From a virus: 64,000 bases of DNA. The stretch lies in the UHGV virus genome UHGV-0036384; one strand, given 5' to 3'. Below are positions 41,679 through 54,459 of the stretch, in pieces (the first letter of the stretch is position 1; each line of letters opens with the position of its first letter). Position numbers and translations under genes: made by a program. The notes beneath the pieces were generated by a model. The model ran no database searches, was not told where the DNA came from, and saw only the letters and a program-made list of their open reading frames with translations.

Positions 41679-41927
41679 TCAATCTGCATTCAGGAGCAAT
41701 GCGTTATCTATGATGATCTGCTCCCATTCTTCGAATGCCCGATCGCGGACGCCCTGGGGAACACTGTTAGTTTTGAAATCGACCACCGTCCGCCATTTCC
41801 CGTCCGGGCGGTACATGCGCAGAGCTTTACTTCCCCCTTCCCTGCGCACCTCAACGTTATGCTTATCAGCAAACTCTTGTAATGCTCGTAGCGTCCCATG
41901 CTTTACTGTGTAGTATCGCTTTTTCAA
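41679..41927 (-). CDS. lxc: Lxc candidate (C1 co-repressor, 82 aa)
   Basis: Synteny-based: last gene of the darB-ulx-lxc leftward operon. Confidence 0.5.
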   Translation of the reverse strand: MKKRYYTVKHGTLRALQEFADKHNVEVRREGGSKALRMYRPDGKWRTVVDFKTNSVPQGVRDRAFEEWEQIIIDNALLLNAD

Positions 41928-42364
41928 GTTTTCTCTCCAGCCTGTGCCAAGGCTTCAACTTCCAAATCGTAAGACTCAAACTCATAGTCCTGGTCGTCAA
42001 CTTCTTCAGGCACTGGCAGTAAATGCCAGGCTGAGTATATCTGACCATTATCAAAACGCTCCTGGCTGTAGAGCGTCGCGGCTATGAGTGTTAGCGCCGG
42101 GCGGTCATAACGGTAAATTTTGCGAACGTCACGGTCAACGAGACGACCGAAATTACCATAACCGCGCTCCAGTAATAATTTTTTAATTTCCGGCCAGTAT
42201 GGGCCATAGCTGCGGTACAGGCGGGGATTTTTCAGTAATCGCCCGCGTAGCCCTGACAGGAAGAAATCAACGTATTCGTCTTCTGTCTTTCCTAACAATG
42301 CCGTACGCAGTACCGCCTCAAGATATGTTTTATTCGGTTTTATTGTATCAGATAGTGTGGCCAT
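41924..42364 (-). CDS. ulx: Ulx candidate (146 aa)
   Basis: Synteny-based: between darB and lxc; ATGA overlap with lxc. Confidence 0.45.
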   Translation of the reverse strand: MATLSDTIKPNKTYLEAVLRTALLGKTEDEYVDFFLSGLRGRLLKNPRLYRSYGPYWPEIKKLLLERGYGNFGRLVDRDVRKIYRYDRPALTLIAATLYSQERFDNGQIYSAWHLLPVPEEVDDQDYEFESYDLEVEALAQAGEKT

Positions 42365-42397
42365 ATTATGCGACGCCCGGCGAACCGGGCGCTCCTG

Positions 42398-45300
42398 TTA
42401 TGCGTATTGTTGGATGACGGCCAGAACGTCCGCCACGTTGTGTTTTGTCTCGATAATCCACCAGTTACCCGGGAAATCGCTGTTCTTCGCCTTCGCTGGC
42501 AGCCAGCGAGCGCCGAATTTCGCCTTGATTGCGTCTTTCGCACGGAAAAGAACGCCTTTCATGCCTGAGGCTTCCTGAAGCCCAAATACCTCGCCAGCGG
42601 CGAATTTTGGTGCGTACATCATCTTCAGGTCGGCGGTGGATACGCGATAATTCAGACCAAGAGACTGAGCTATGCTGGTGGCATCACCCTGTATTGATGA
42701 TAACTCTTCTTGTTTCTCGTTTCTGGCGGCAATTTCTTCCTCCGTGATGTTGCCAAGGGCCAGGTTTATCCGATCAGCGTCGGCCTGTTTCTCTTCATCG
42801 GTGCGTCCGGCAAGAACCGTGTTAACTCTCTGCAATATCTCCACATGATTCTTGCGCATGCTGAGCAATTCCGGCGTAACCTCGTTAAGATCCACCAGCC
42901 CAAGGATGGCAAGGTCGGAAAACATTGATACCAGGTTGTAGGTCATGCGATAGCTGAGTTGACCATAGGCTGATGGCAACTTCACCGCATCCATTTGATA
43001 GGCATCCATAAATTTAGAGCCGTCGTTTACGACATCCGCAATTGCCGGTGTGATTTTTCCTGTGGTGGCGGCCTCCCTGATTGCTGTTACCCACGATTGA
43101 GTCAGCGCGGCGACTGCATGATTCAGATTGGCTTTCCGTTCTGCTGCAATGCGCGCACTTGCTGCGTCCATTGCCTGCTTGATCTCGTCTTTATTGCTGT
43201 AAATGCCAATGGTGCCAAACTGTGCTGTGGTGATCTCATAATCTGACGCCCGGAACTCATTGGTACCGAAAATGGCATTGGTGACTTCAAGTTCAGAATC
43301 CCCGTTACGAGTAGACCCCTGGCTTGTTTTTTCCGGCATTCTGGCGATCGCATCCGCTATTTTCTCCTGAATTGCTTCAGGGGATAGCGTATCTCCGTAT
43401 GACGCGATTACATCGCCATAATTGGAGCCAAACAATTCAACCAGGAATGTTTCTGCCGAACGGATCTGGCGGTTATTCCCTTCCGACATCATACCAAGCA
43501 CCCATTTTGCAATTGACGACTTCAGCGCGCCGTCACGGCGATCCGGGTAAACCGCATGCTTCAGTGGGTCCGTATAGGTGCCAACAAAATCAATGCTATA
43601 GCCTGACTCTGTAGTCTGAACGCCGTATGAGTCAGTGATTTTGATCATGCCGCGCTGCTGGAAACGGTAGAAATCGTCACAGGAAATGATGTCGTTAATC
43701 CCGGCGATGGAGACGCCACCACTGATTTTCTGCATAACAGCATCTTCATCGGGAGTTACATCCACCTGTTTATCCAGCGTCTTCACATCCCAGTTACCCG
43801 ATTTGGTGCCTTTGAAGGTAAAGATGATCTCCACGTCTGCGCGCTGGCTGTCGAAGTCCAGCGACTTAATGCGAACGATATCACCGGCACAATCATAGTA
43901 TTGGCCTACACGCCATGAGCGATCGCCGATAACAAGGAACTCATTCGCATGGTTAACCAGATCAGGATCAACATCCAGAATGCCTTTATTTATTGCATCC
44001 TCCACCAGCGGGCGCAGGCGTTTGATATCCGTCGCGGCCTTCTGAGTACGGTTCAATAATTTCTCATAGCGGGAGATGGCCTGAGAGATATTAGCCTTGC
44101 GCTGAATGGCGCTTTTCAACGACGCGCGATACTGTGCTAACAACATACGGTCTGTGTGATGGACGCTACCCCAGCGGGCTTTCCAGTCTGCGTTATCAGC
44201 TGCTTTGGCCATTACCGCCTGTTTGAATTTGGCGACGTCGGCGGTGGTCTTTTCAAGTTCCGCTTTGCTTCGCTCCAATTCAGCGGTAAGTACCTCCACA
44301 TCCTCACCAGCTGCGTGCTGCGCCTTGATGTAGTTCTGAAGGTCGATAGTAGCCTGTTCTTTCTGGCGAGCGCGTTTCGCAGCTTTCGCCTTATCCATTT
44401 GAACCTGCATCATTACCAGACGTTCGCCGTCATCCTTCGCGGTATACATCTGCATTTCGATCATGTCATTGGCGTCGGCGTTCTCCATTTCTGACTTATC
44501 TGAACGGAGGATATCGGAGATCCAGCCTGCTTTACGCTTCAGCGTCTTCAGTCGGTATTCATCGAAAGACCCCTTGCCGCAGTAGTAGTGAACGCGAACG
44601 CTTGCACGGTTGGAGCCAACTCGTGCACCGCGACCGTTACGTTGTGCGATACTGGCTGGTGTCCACGGCAACGTCAGGTGGTGGATATCCGTCGTTCCTC
44701 GATGCAGGTTGATACCCACCTCTGCCTTTTTGTTGCAGATGATGATCGGAGTCCGGCCCTCCTGGAAGTCGGCTGCAATCTTTTCCAGACCGCCCAACGA
44801 CATTTCATTTTGCTGCGCGATATAGGCGTCATACAGAGCCATTTGCTCGTTGTATTTCGCTATCTGTGCATCTGTTGGTTCATCCGGTAGCTCTTTCGGC
44901 GGTTTAACCGCTTTCAGTTTCTTACCGGTTTTACCTGCCTCGGCAACCGTCTGAGCATTCAGGATCCCCACCTTTGAAGGTTCAAGGTTTAGAGCATTGC
45001 AGATAATGCGCTTGAGCTTCTGGTGCTGCGTTTTTTCATCGGTGAAGATGATTTGCTTACCTTCCGGGAAAAACTCCTTCAGCGTGGCGATCAGCTTCGC
45101 GTATTTCGGCGTAACGGGGTGAGTTACGGTCTGTTCGTCAATGCCAAACCTGGCCAGGCGATTATTCACTTCCTGCTCAAATGCTTCCGGTACCTGCAAC
45201 TGAATAAACTCGCCCTTATCTATCAGGGAGTATTGCGATTGCTGCGTGATCGAATCATCACTGTCGTCGTCTTCGCTGGTGGCTTGTTTAGGCAAACTGT

Positions 45301-48300
45301 CCGCCAGCTGCTGCACCGCATCGGCGTACTCCGGCAGGAAACGATAGGTGATCCTGCGATAGTACAGGTCCATGTCAGTACATACGCGGTCCATATCCCT
45401 GATTATTGAGAAGATCGGACGGGCTTTCTCGTGCTCAATCACGCCGTCTTCATTGACCGAGGTCGTTACGCCATTGTTGGCTTTGGCTGCCGCTTCCGCC
45501 TGCTGACGCAATTCTTCATACGCCGCCAGTTGTTCTTCCGTAAGTGGTGCATCCTGCTGGTGTTCGTCCAGTTCCGGGATCTCCACGGTATCCTTAACGT
45601 CTTCCGCCGTTTTAAGCGTTGTCCAGCGATGGAATATGCCGCGCAGCGCATCAAGGTTTTCAAAGCCCACCAGCGCCATTTTTTCTTCAACTTCACCGCT
45701 GATTTTCTGTACCGTTTCCAGCCTGGTCTTGCCGAAGAATTTAACGAAGTCATCAGGACCGTAGATCCCCATCTTCTGCCAGTATTCCTTCGGCAGCACA
45801 TGAGAAAGCATGTTGTATGCATCGATCGGGGTGTTAACGACTGGCGTTGCAGTCAGGAGAACCGGTCCGCGCCCACCATTCTTTTTCATCAGGTACGCGT
45901 TTTTAATTGCCATATCCCGCGCCGATTGCGCCACCGCGCTGGTGGGCAGATAGGCCAGTTGTGACGCTTCGCGACCATTTTTATAGCTATTGCGGTAGTT
46001 GTGACCTTCGTCAGCGATCACACTATCGAAGCCCATATCCTCAAAGTACGGATACTTCTCTGCTTTTTCGGTGCCGGTATCTGAATACTCCGACAATACC
46101 CGGCGACGCGCGGCCTCTTTGCGGTGGGAGTCGGAGTCCATTGCGCTGGCTACGCGCCCGGCGGCAACGAAGTCATAAAGCATATCCTGTGCATGCTCAT
46201 CTACGGTGTCATCACGTAGCGGAATGCGGGCGTATTGTTCTTTGGTAAACACGACTGCACGGTAATTTGAGTGCGGGATCGCGTTCATCCGCGCCGTGAT
46301 AGTGGCTTCATCTGCCAGTTTTAGGGCATCGCGCATAACTGGAGTGCCATCAGTACCAAGAACAGGTTTACCGTTCTCATCGAGCACCGGCACCTGGCGA
46401 ATCTGATCGCCATCCATCAGCACATCAAGACCGACGAACAGGTAGTTACTGAATGCCTCTTCACTCAGGAATTCTTTTGCTTCGTAATACCAGTTTTCCA
46501 GCACTGATTTAGGCACTACATACGCAGTACGGGTGGAGCGACCGTTCTCATAGTTGAACGCCTCAAGCGCCAGCGCGGTCGTAGTTTTACCCAGCCCGGT
46601 GCCGAAGCCCAGGATGCCGCGCCCATCTTCGGACAGTCGGCGCACTTCGCTATTCTGGTAATCAAATGGCTGGCGCTTACCGCTTAATCCCTTCAACCCA
46701 AGCGGATCGCCAGAGTGTTCATACGGGATATTGCTATTGAACACATCGTTGTATTTGGCAACCAGTTCATCGTAGCGATCGTGCGTCTTGATCCACTTAT
46801 TGAACTGGTCCTCAAGCAGTGCCATCTGCTCGCGGTAGCCGTTCGCCGTCGCGCTATCTTTGCCACCGATACGCGCACCATTGAGATACTTTTCCAGCTG
46901 TGCCGGGAACCCGGTCGCGTTTTCACCTGATTTACGGTCCCACTCGTAGCGGATCTCGCCTGTTTCTTTATCCTTGCGCTGGACGACACCGTATCGGTGC
47001 CCGACGAACAGGCCATCACCACCGTGATAGGTGTCAGAAACCATTTCGTCGCCTTCCAGCTGCACTGACTGCACATAGCGCAGATCCGGATAGCCGTTTT
47101 CCTGCAAAAACTCCAGAATGACGGAACGGTCGAACCAACGGCTATTGAGCTTAAAGCGGATATTCTCTGCTGGCGTCTTGATGCGCTTCTCTTCGATCGC
47201 TGCCAGCTGATTAAGGACGTTGTTCTTTACTGGACCGTCGGGGAGCGTGGCGAGGAATTCCTGTTTTGGAGCCACTATCTCGTTAATGTCGCCGCTGGTG
47301 GCGCGGGCGAACGGAACAATCCCGCCATACGGAGAAACCGCAATACCAGGGGTGCTGGCCAATAAATTGAGTAACTCTTCATCACTGGCTGGCAGTTCGC
47401 CGGTAAACGCAAGGCGGAAATCATCGAGCTGGATTGGATCGCGGGTAAGATCGCTATAGAGATAACGCAGGGTATCCTGATAGCTGGTGGAGTCATAACT
47501 GGCGCTGGAATCATGCGTAACCAGCTTTCCTGTCAGCTCGTCAGAAATAGTGCCATCCAGCTTAATTGCACCACGGAAAGCAAACCAGGCGCGCGCACCG
47601 CTTCCCGATAATTTAGCTATCGGACCGCGACCGGGGTTACCAAAATGGTCAATCTCTGCCTGCAAACGGGACACCAGAGAAAGGCGCTGTTGTTCGATTT
47701 GTTCAGCACTATGCCCGGCGGCCTTCATATCCTGATATTCAATTAACATCCGGCCAATCATCGCCCCGCGATACAAGCGTTCACGGTATTTTTCAGGCTG
47801 GCTGTTAATCCAGTCCACCAGCTGCACCATATCGTCGCTGATTGATGTGGTGTACTTATCGCGGACATTTGCCATCTGGGTAAATGTCATGCCGAGACGG
47901 CCTTCTGTTGTAGTCAGGTTACGCTGAAGAGCCTCCCAGCTATCCGCGCCATAACTGGCAGCATCGATCTTAAGTTCCTTCCCGGCATCAGCTTCAATCC
48001 AGCGACCACCAGCATATTTTTGCCATACACCATTAATCAGGCGCATTTCCCCTTCACCAACAACGTCTGCGGTCGGTGACGGTTCAGCCATATCGAGCAA
48101 AGACCAGTCGATACGGCTTTCGAAACGATGAATCAGCTTCGCTTTAAGAGCCTGGTTATCAATCTGACCGTCGGCACGAACCTCAATACGCCCCTGGAAG
48201 CCCTTTTCCTGGGTGCCATGAACAAACCGGCGGCCATCCTTTTCAAACCACTTGCCAGAAATAAACGTTGGCCAAAGCACATTTGCCGATTCAAGAGTGC

Positions 48301-49165
48301 CTTCATCCACCAGGGGGATTTTCTCAGCCATCTCTGCCGGATGTTTGCGCATCAGCACCACATCAACGACTGTACTGGTCCCGTTTGCGTCAAAAGTACC
48401 GGTAGGCAAGCGGTGAGCGCCAAGAAATTCAGCTTTCCGTGATAGGCGCAGGCGTAACCGCTTCATGTTTGAACCTGAAACAATGGACGGCGGCACAATC
48501 ACGCACATGAATCCGCCTGGCTTTATCTTGTCCAGCATGCGGAGCATGAAGTAAGAACCCATGTCCGTTTCTTCTGCGTAAGGCTTATCGATGTTGCGTG
48601 TGTTATCACGACCGCCGAACGGAACGTTACCCACAACATGGTCGAATGAATCGTTAGGTGTGCTTATAGCCAGCTGTTCGAACGGGGAAATCTGTACGCT
48701 GTCTTCCGGGTGTAACAACTGGTTTATACGACCGGAAACACTGCTGATCTCAGTCGCGGTCATCACCGTACCAACCGGTTTTGTCTCATTAAAAACGCCG
48801 GTTCCCGCCGATGGTTCCAGAGTGTTACCTACGTCCGCGCCGTAGAGCTTCATGATCTCCCAGACACCTTCAGCGATCGGCTTTGGTGTGTAATATTCGG
48901 AGACGGACCCGCCAATGCCGCCTTCACCGGTGTACCCAGCCAGGATCTGGCGCTGTTCATCTGTCAGTGTCACGCCGTCCACCAGCGAATTAAGCAAATC
49001 TATCGCCTTCTGATTCGCCTCCCGGCGTAGTCGGTCATAGCTTTTGCCTTCCACCTTTTCCACGCCGTATCTAATCGGCGCTCGGTGAGATGTTATTGCC
49101 CTAATGTATTTCAATATTTCGCTGACACTTGAACAGCGAAACACCCCCATAGATAGCTTGTTCAT
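42398..49165 (-). CDS. darB: DarB antirestriction protein (methyltransferase + SF2 helicase domains, 2255 aa)
   Basis: Giant ORF with MTase motifs (LEPSAGTGVF, NVPFGG) and helicase motifs (GTGLGKTTTA, ADEGHNYRN); length equals P1 DarB. Confidence 0.85.
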   Translation of the reverse strand: MNKLSMGVFRCSSVSEILKYIRAITSHRAPIRYGVEKVEGKSYDRLRREANQKAIDLLNSLVDGVTLTDEQRQILAGYTGEGGIGGSVSEYYTPKPIAEGVWEIMKLYGADVGNTLEPSAGTGVFNETKPVGTVMTATEISSVSGRINQLLHPEDSVQISPFEQLAISTPNDSFDHVVGNVPFGGRDNTRNIDKPYAEETDMGSYFMLRMLDKIKPGGFMCVIVPPSIVSGSNMKRLRLRLSRKAEFLGAHRLPTGTFDANGTSTVVDVVLMRKHPAEMAEKIPLVDEGTLESANVLWPTFISGKWFEKDGRRFVHGTQEKGFQGRIEVRADGQIDNQALKAKLIHRFESRIDWSLLDMAEPSPTADVVGEGEMRLINGVWQKYAGGRWIEADAGKELKIDAASYGADSWEALQRNLTTTEGRLGMTFTQMANVRDKYTTSISDDMVQLVDWINSQPEKYRERLYRGAMIGRMLIEYQDMKAAGHSAEQIEQQRLSLVSRLQAEIDHFGNPGRGPIAKLSGSGARAWFAFRGAIKLDGTISDELTGKLVTHDSSASYDSTSYQDTLRYLYSDLTRDPIQLDDFRLAFTGELPASDEELLNLLASTPGIAVSPYGGIVPFARATSGDINEIVAPKQEFLATLPDGPVKNNVLNQLAAIEEKRIKTPAENIRFKLNSRWFDRSVILEFLQENGYPDLRYVQSVQLEGDEMVSDTYHGGDGLFVGHRYGVVQRKDKETGEIRYEWDRKSGENATGFPAQLEKYLNGARIGGKDSATANGYREQMALLEDQFNKWIKTHDRYDELVAKYNDVFNSNIPYEHSGDPLGLKGLSGKRQPFDYQNSEVRRLSEDGRGILGFGTGLGKTTTALALEAFNYENGRSTRTAYVVPKSVLENWYYEAKEFLSEEAFSNYLFVGLDVLMDGDQIRQVPVLDENGKPVLGTDGTPVMRDALKLADEATITARMNAIPHSNYRAVVFTKEQYARIPLRDDTVDEHAQDMLYDFVAAGRVASAMDSDSHRKEAARRRVLSEYSDTGTEKAEKYPYFEDMGFDSVIADEGHNYRNSYKNGREASQLAYLPTSAVAQSARDMAIKNAYLMKKNGGRGPVLLTATPVVNTPIDAYNMLSHVLPKEYWQKMGIYGPDDFVKFFGKTRLETVQKISGEVEEKMALVGFENLDALRGIFHRWTTLKTAEDVKDTVEIPELDEHQQDAPLTEEQLAAYEELRQQAEAAAKANNGVTTSVNEDGVIEHEKARPIFSIIRDMDRVCTDMDLYYRRITYRFLPEYADAVQQLADSLPKQATSEDDDSDDSITQQSQYSLIDKGEFIQLQVPEAFEQEVNNRLARFGIDEQTVTHPVTPKYAKLIATLKEFFPEGKQIIFTDEKTQHQKLKRIICNALNLEPSKVGILNAQTVAEAGKTGKKLKAVKPPKELPDEPTDAQIAKYNEQMALYDAYIAQQNEMSLGGLEKIAADFQEGRTPIIICNKKAEVGINLHRGTTDIHHLTLPWTPASIAQRNGRGARVGSNRASVRVHYYCGKGSFDEYRLKTLKRKAGWISDILRSDKSEMENADANDMIEMQMYTAKDDGERLVMMQVQMDKAKAAKRARQKEQATIDLQNYIKAQHAAGEDVEVLTAELERSKAELEKTTADVAKFKQAVMAKAADNADWKARWGSVHHTDRMLLAQYRASLKSAIQRKANISQAISRYEKLLNRTQKAATDIKRLRPLVEDAINKGILDVDPDLVNHANEFLVIGDRSWRVGQYYDCAGDIVRIKSLDFDSQRADVEIIFTFKGTKSGNWDVKTLDKQVDVTPDEDAVMQKISGGVSIAGINDIISCDDFYRFQQRGMIKITDSYGVQTTESGYSIDFVGTYTDPLKHAVYPDRRDGALKSSIAKWVLGMMSEGNNRQIRSAETFLVELFGSNYGDVIASYGDTLSPEAIQEKIADAIARMPEKTSQGSTRNGDSELEVTNAIFGTNEFRASDYEITTAQFGTIGIYSNKDEIKQAMDAASARIAAERKANLNHAVAALTQSWVTAIREAATTGKITPAIADVVNDGSKFMDAYQMDAVKLPSAYGQLSYRMTYNLVSMFSDLAILGLVDLNEVTPELLSMRKNHVEILQRVNTVLAGRTDEEKQADADRINLALGNITEEEIAARNEKQEELSSIQGDATSIAQSLGLNYRVSTADLKMMYAPKFAAGEVFGLQEASGMKGVLFRAKDAIKAKFGARWLPAKAKNSDFPGNWWIIETKHNVADVLAVIQQYA

Positions 49166-49231
49166 TGGTAATCCTTAACAAGTGACTAGTGTTAAATTCC
49201 GTTCAAACACGATGCGAATTATTCTAATTAA

Positions 49232-51962
<2,731 letters not shown>

Positions 51963-51973
51963 CCATCAAAAAT

Positions 51974-51995
51974 AACCCCGGCGGCTGCCGGGGTT
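51974..51995. terminator. bidirectional terminator
   Basis: AACCCCGGC-GGCT-GCCGGGGTT between convergent pro and lysis genes. Confidence 0.7.
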
Positions 51996-52006
51996 CTCGT
52001 TAACTA

Positions 52007-52261
52007 TTATCGCCTTCGTCTGCGTGCCATATATTTTCGCACCGCGCGACGTGGGCAATCTGAAGCGGTTTCTTTCTGCTGCATCAATCTTGCAGCCATG
52101 CTCAAAAATGTCAGGCACAGCCGAAGCCCGGCATATAATAGCGGTTCCAGTGGCCACGTCTCATTGAGCACATATACCGCCATGAAAATCGAGTCGAAAA
52201 CTATCGCCGCCAGCGATAACTTCATTGTCGAAAGTCGGCGGAGCTGCCGGAGTTTATTCAT
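52007..52261 (-). CDS. lysis-associated small membrane protein (holin/antiholin-like, 84 aa)
   Basis: Immediately downstream of lyz in the same operon; hydrophobic helices and highly basic C-terminus. Confidence 0.4.
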   Translation of the reverse strand: MNKLRQLRRLSTMKLSLAAIVFDSIFMAVYVLNETWPLEPLLYAGLRLCLTFLSMAARLMQQKETASDCPRRAVRKYMARRRRR

Positions 52262-52811
52262 TGACCAGTCCCGTCAGGCAAAGCTGGCGTTCTTTTTCAC
52301 GGCGAATCTTTAAACCTCGCAGGGGCACGCCGTTACTGTTCACGAAATCAGGGAGATGGTTACACATATTCACCCATTCTCCTTTCTGCGCCCACTTGTG
52401 GATGGACGTTTCTACTCGCATGCCTCGCGCTTTGCTGTAGTAGGTCCGTAAACTATTGCATCCCATATTGAATGCCGCGCTTGTCATTGCGCTAAAGGCA
52501 TTATCGGGCATGTCTTTGCCCCGGAAGTGCTGGTTAATACAGCGTTCAGCGATCAGGATATTCTTTTCCCAATCAGCGGCGATTTGCTGGTCGGTTTTTC
52601 GCACGCCCGGCGTTACCCCGTGTGTATTACCAATCCCGTCAGTCCATACACCCGCCGGGCACATGTATGGGTCACGTCGGCAACCTTCAGCGTTTCCGAT
52701 AAGCTCAAGCCCCGCCTGGTTGGTTCGCACATTGCCATTACCCATCACGATGGTAATCATCACCGCGATAGCGCAAATTGCACCGCCTCCTGCGGCTGTT
52801 TTTCCCTTCAT
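52254..52811 (-). CDS. lyz: SAR endolysin (T4-lysozyme-like muramidase, 185 aa)
   Basis: N-terminal signal-arrest-release helix (AICAIAVMITIVMG) then GH24 catalytic motifs (GLELIGNAEGC, GIGNTHG). Confidence 0.85.
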   Translation of the reverse strand: MKGKTAAGGGAICAIAVMITIVMGNGNVRTNQAGLELIGNAEGCRRDPYMCPAGVWTDGIGNTHGVTPGVRKTDQQIAADWEKNILIAERCINQHFRGKDMPDNAFSAMTSAAFNMGCNSLRTYYSKARGMRVETSIHKWAQKGEWVNMCNHLPDFVNSNGVPLRGLKIRREKERQLCLTGLVNE

Positions 52812-52943
52812 AAAGACCTCATAAGCGAATTTTTACGCTCCAGGACAAACACCCATTCACAGCCAATACCGACTGACTCGATCCCTTTAGAAAACACAGG
52901 ATAATGCAAATCACTTGTTAGCTACGTTTCAAAGATATACATT

Positions 52944-52960
52944 ATTGCTCTAATTAATTT
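52944..52960 (+). promoter_or_regulatory. C1 operator upstream of ssb
   Basis: ATTGCTCTAATTAATTT. Confidence 0.6.
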
Positions 52961-52979
52961 ATTTTATTAGGTAAGATAA

Positions 52980-53468
52980 GTGGCACAACGCGGTGTAAAC
53001 AAAGTCATCCTGATTGGTACCCTGGGGCAAGACCCGGAGATCAGGTATATACCAAATGGCGGCGCGGTCGGAAGACTCAGCATCGCAACGAATGAATCAT
53101 GGCGCGACAAGCAAACGGGCCAACAGAAAGAGCAAACAGAATGGCATAAAGTCGTTTTGTTCGGAAAACTTGCTGAAATTGCGAGTGAGTATTTACGAAA
53201 AGGTTCTCAGGTCTACATCGAAGGGAAACTTAAAACCCGTAAGTGGACAGATGACGCCGGTGTAGAACGTTACACGACGGAAATTATCGTCAGCCAGGGC
53301 GGCACCATGCAAATGATCGGCGCTCGCCGCGACGATTCACAGTCCTCAAATGGCTGGGGGCAGTCAAACCAACCTCAAAACCACCAGCAATACAGCGGTG
53401 GTGGCAAACCTCAGAGCAGCGCCAATAACGAACCTCCAATGGACTTTGAAGACGATATTCCGTTTTAG
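52980..53468 (+). CDS. ssb: single-stranded DNA-binding protein (162 aa, GTG start)
   Basis: Very high similarity to E. coli SSB including C-terminal DFEDDIPF tail. Confidence 0.95.
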   Translation: MAQRGVNKVILIGTLGQDPEIRYIPNGGAVGRLSIATNESWRDKQTGQQKEQTEWHKVVLFGKLAEIASEYLRKGSQVYIEGKLKTRKWTDDAGVERYTTEIIVSQGGTMQMIGARRDDSQSSNGWGQSNQPQNHQQYSGGGKPQSSANNEPPMDFEDDIPF

Positions 53469-53670
53469 AGTTTATGAGTAAAAAACGACTGAAAGAAAAG
53501 CGGTGGTCCAAACGCCAACAAAAGCACGAACTCGCTAAAAAACGCCAAAGTTGGCAATGGAACGCGTTTTTAACGAACAGAACACCCCGAGATATTGCTT
53601 TCGCTGGTGGGATAACATTCCTGACCCACCTGAAGGCGCAATACATCAGTTTTTAAGCAGAGAAAAGACT

Positions 53671-54459
53671 ATGGCAGCACAAAATACTAAAACAATTCAA
53701 TACCGCCTGCGTAATGGCCAGAGTGTCGAAGTGACCATCAATAATGATGGTGTACCTGGCGAAAAGGTTTCTATCTCCGATCTGGCTATCGAAAAAACCA
53801 TCATGTGCCACCTTGGCTTTACTGAAGAAGTGAGCAAAAAGCATGGTGTAGCAATCTGGAGCGCAATGGATACTGGTATGCGCAAATTCATTACTGCTCG
53901 TACCCCAGGGATGACCATGATGGACCTCATGCAGATTGCGCCGCTGTTTGAATGTGAGCCTTTAGATGTATTCAGCAATCCAGCTATCTGCCAGCAGTTA
54001 TATGGTGAGATGAAACTCGCGGTTACCCCCATTGTGCTGCATGAAGGATCGCTTGCTGGCGTGTGGAAAGTGGAGCGTATTTCAAGCTACATGCCTTTCC
54101 ATGTCAACGGCGTAATCACTGGTGAAAATCAACCTGTTTCCGTTATAAAGTCAGACCTCAAGCGCGCAATTCTTGAAGCAAGTTGTCGAGTTGTCGGCCT
54201 GGGCAAACAGTCTTATGTTTCCTTCCCGGCTGGCCCTGAAGGCCCGGCAGAAATTCTGATTATGGATGCCGATCTGCTATGGCAAATACAGTTTCTGATT
54301 GGCAAAAGCATCATCCGCGCTGAAGAACTCGATCAGTACATTACCTGCACGATGACGGATGAAGTCAAAAGTGTGGCTATAGCCAATGCCCGGAACCTAT
54401 GTCGTGCTGCATTAACAGAACTGCAAGAAAACACCACGGAAGAGGTGGAAAGTGATTAA
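53671..54459 (+). CDS. hypothetical protein (~263 aa)
   Basis: ORF; start chosen at internal ATG 53671. Confidence 0.4.
   Translation: MAAQNTKTIQYRLRNGQSVEVTINNDGVPGEKVSISDLAIEKTIMCHLGFTEEVSKKHGVAIWSAMDTGMRKFITARTPGMTMMDLMQIAPLFECEPLDVFSNPAICQQLYGEMKLAVTPIVLHEGSLAGVWKVERISSYMPFHVNGVITGENQPVSVIKSDLKRAILEASCRVVGLGKQSYVSFPAGPEGPAEILIMDADLLWQIQFLIGKSIIRAEELDQYITCTMTDEVKSVAIANARNLCRAALTELQENTTEEVESD

Noticed and set aside
42529-48845. Numerous short plus-strand ORFs across the darB coding region
   Set aside because: All are embedded within the 2255-aa minus-strand gene; typical frame-shadow ORFs of a long GC-balanced gene.
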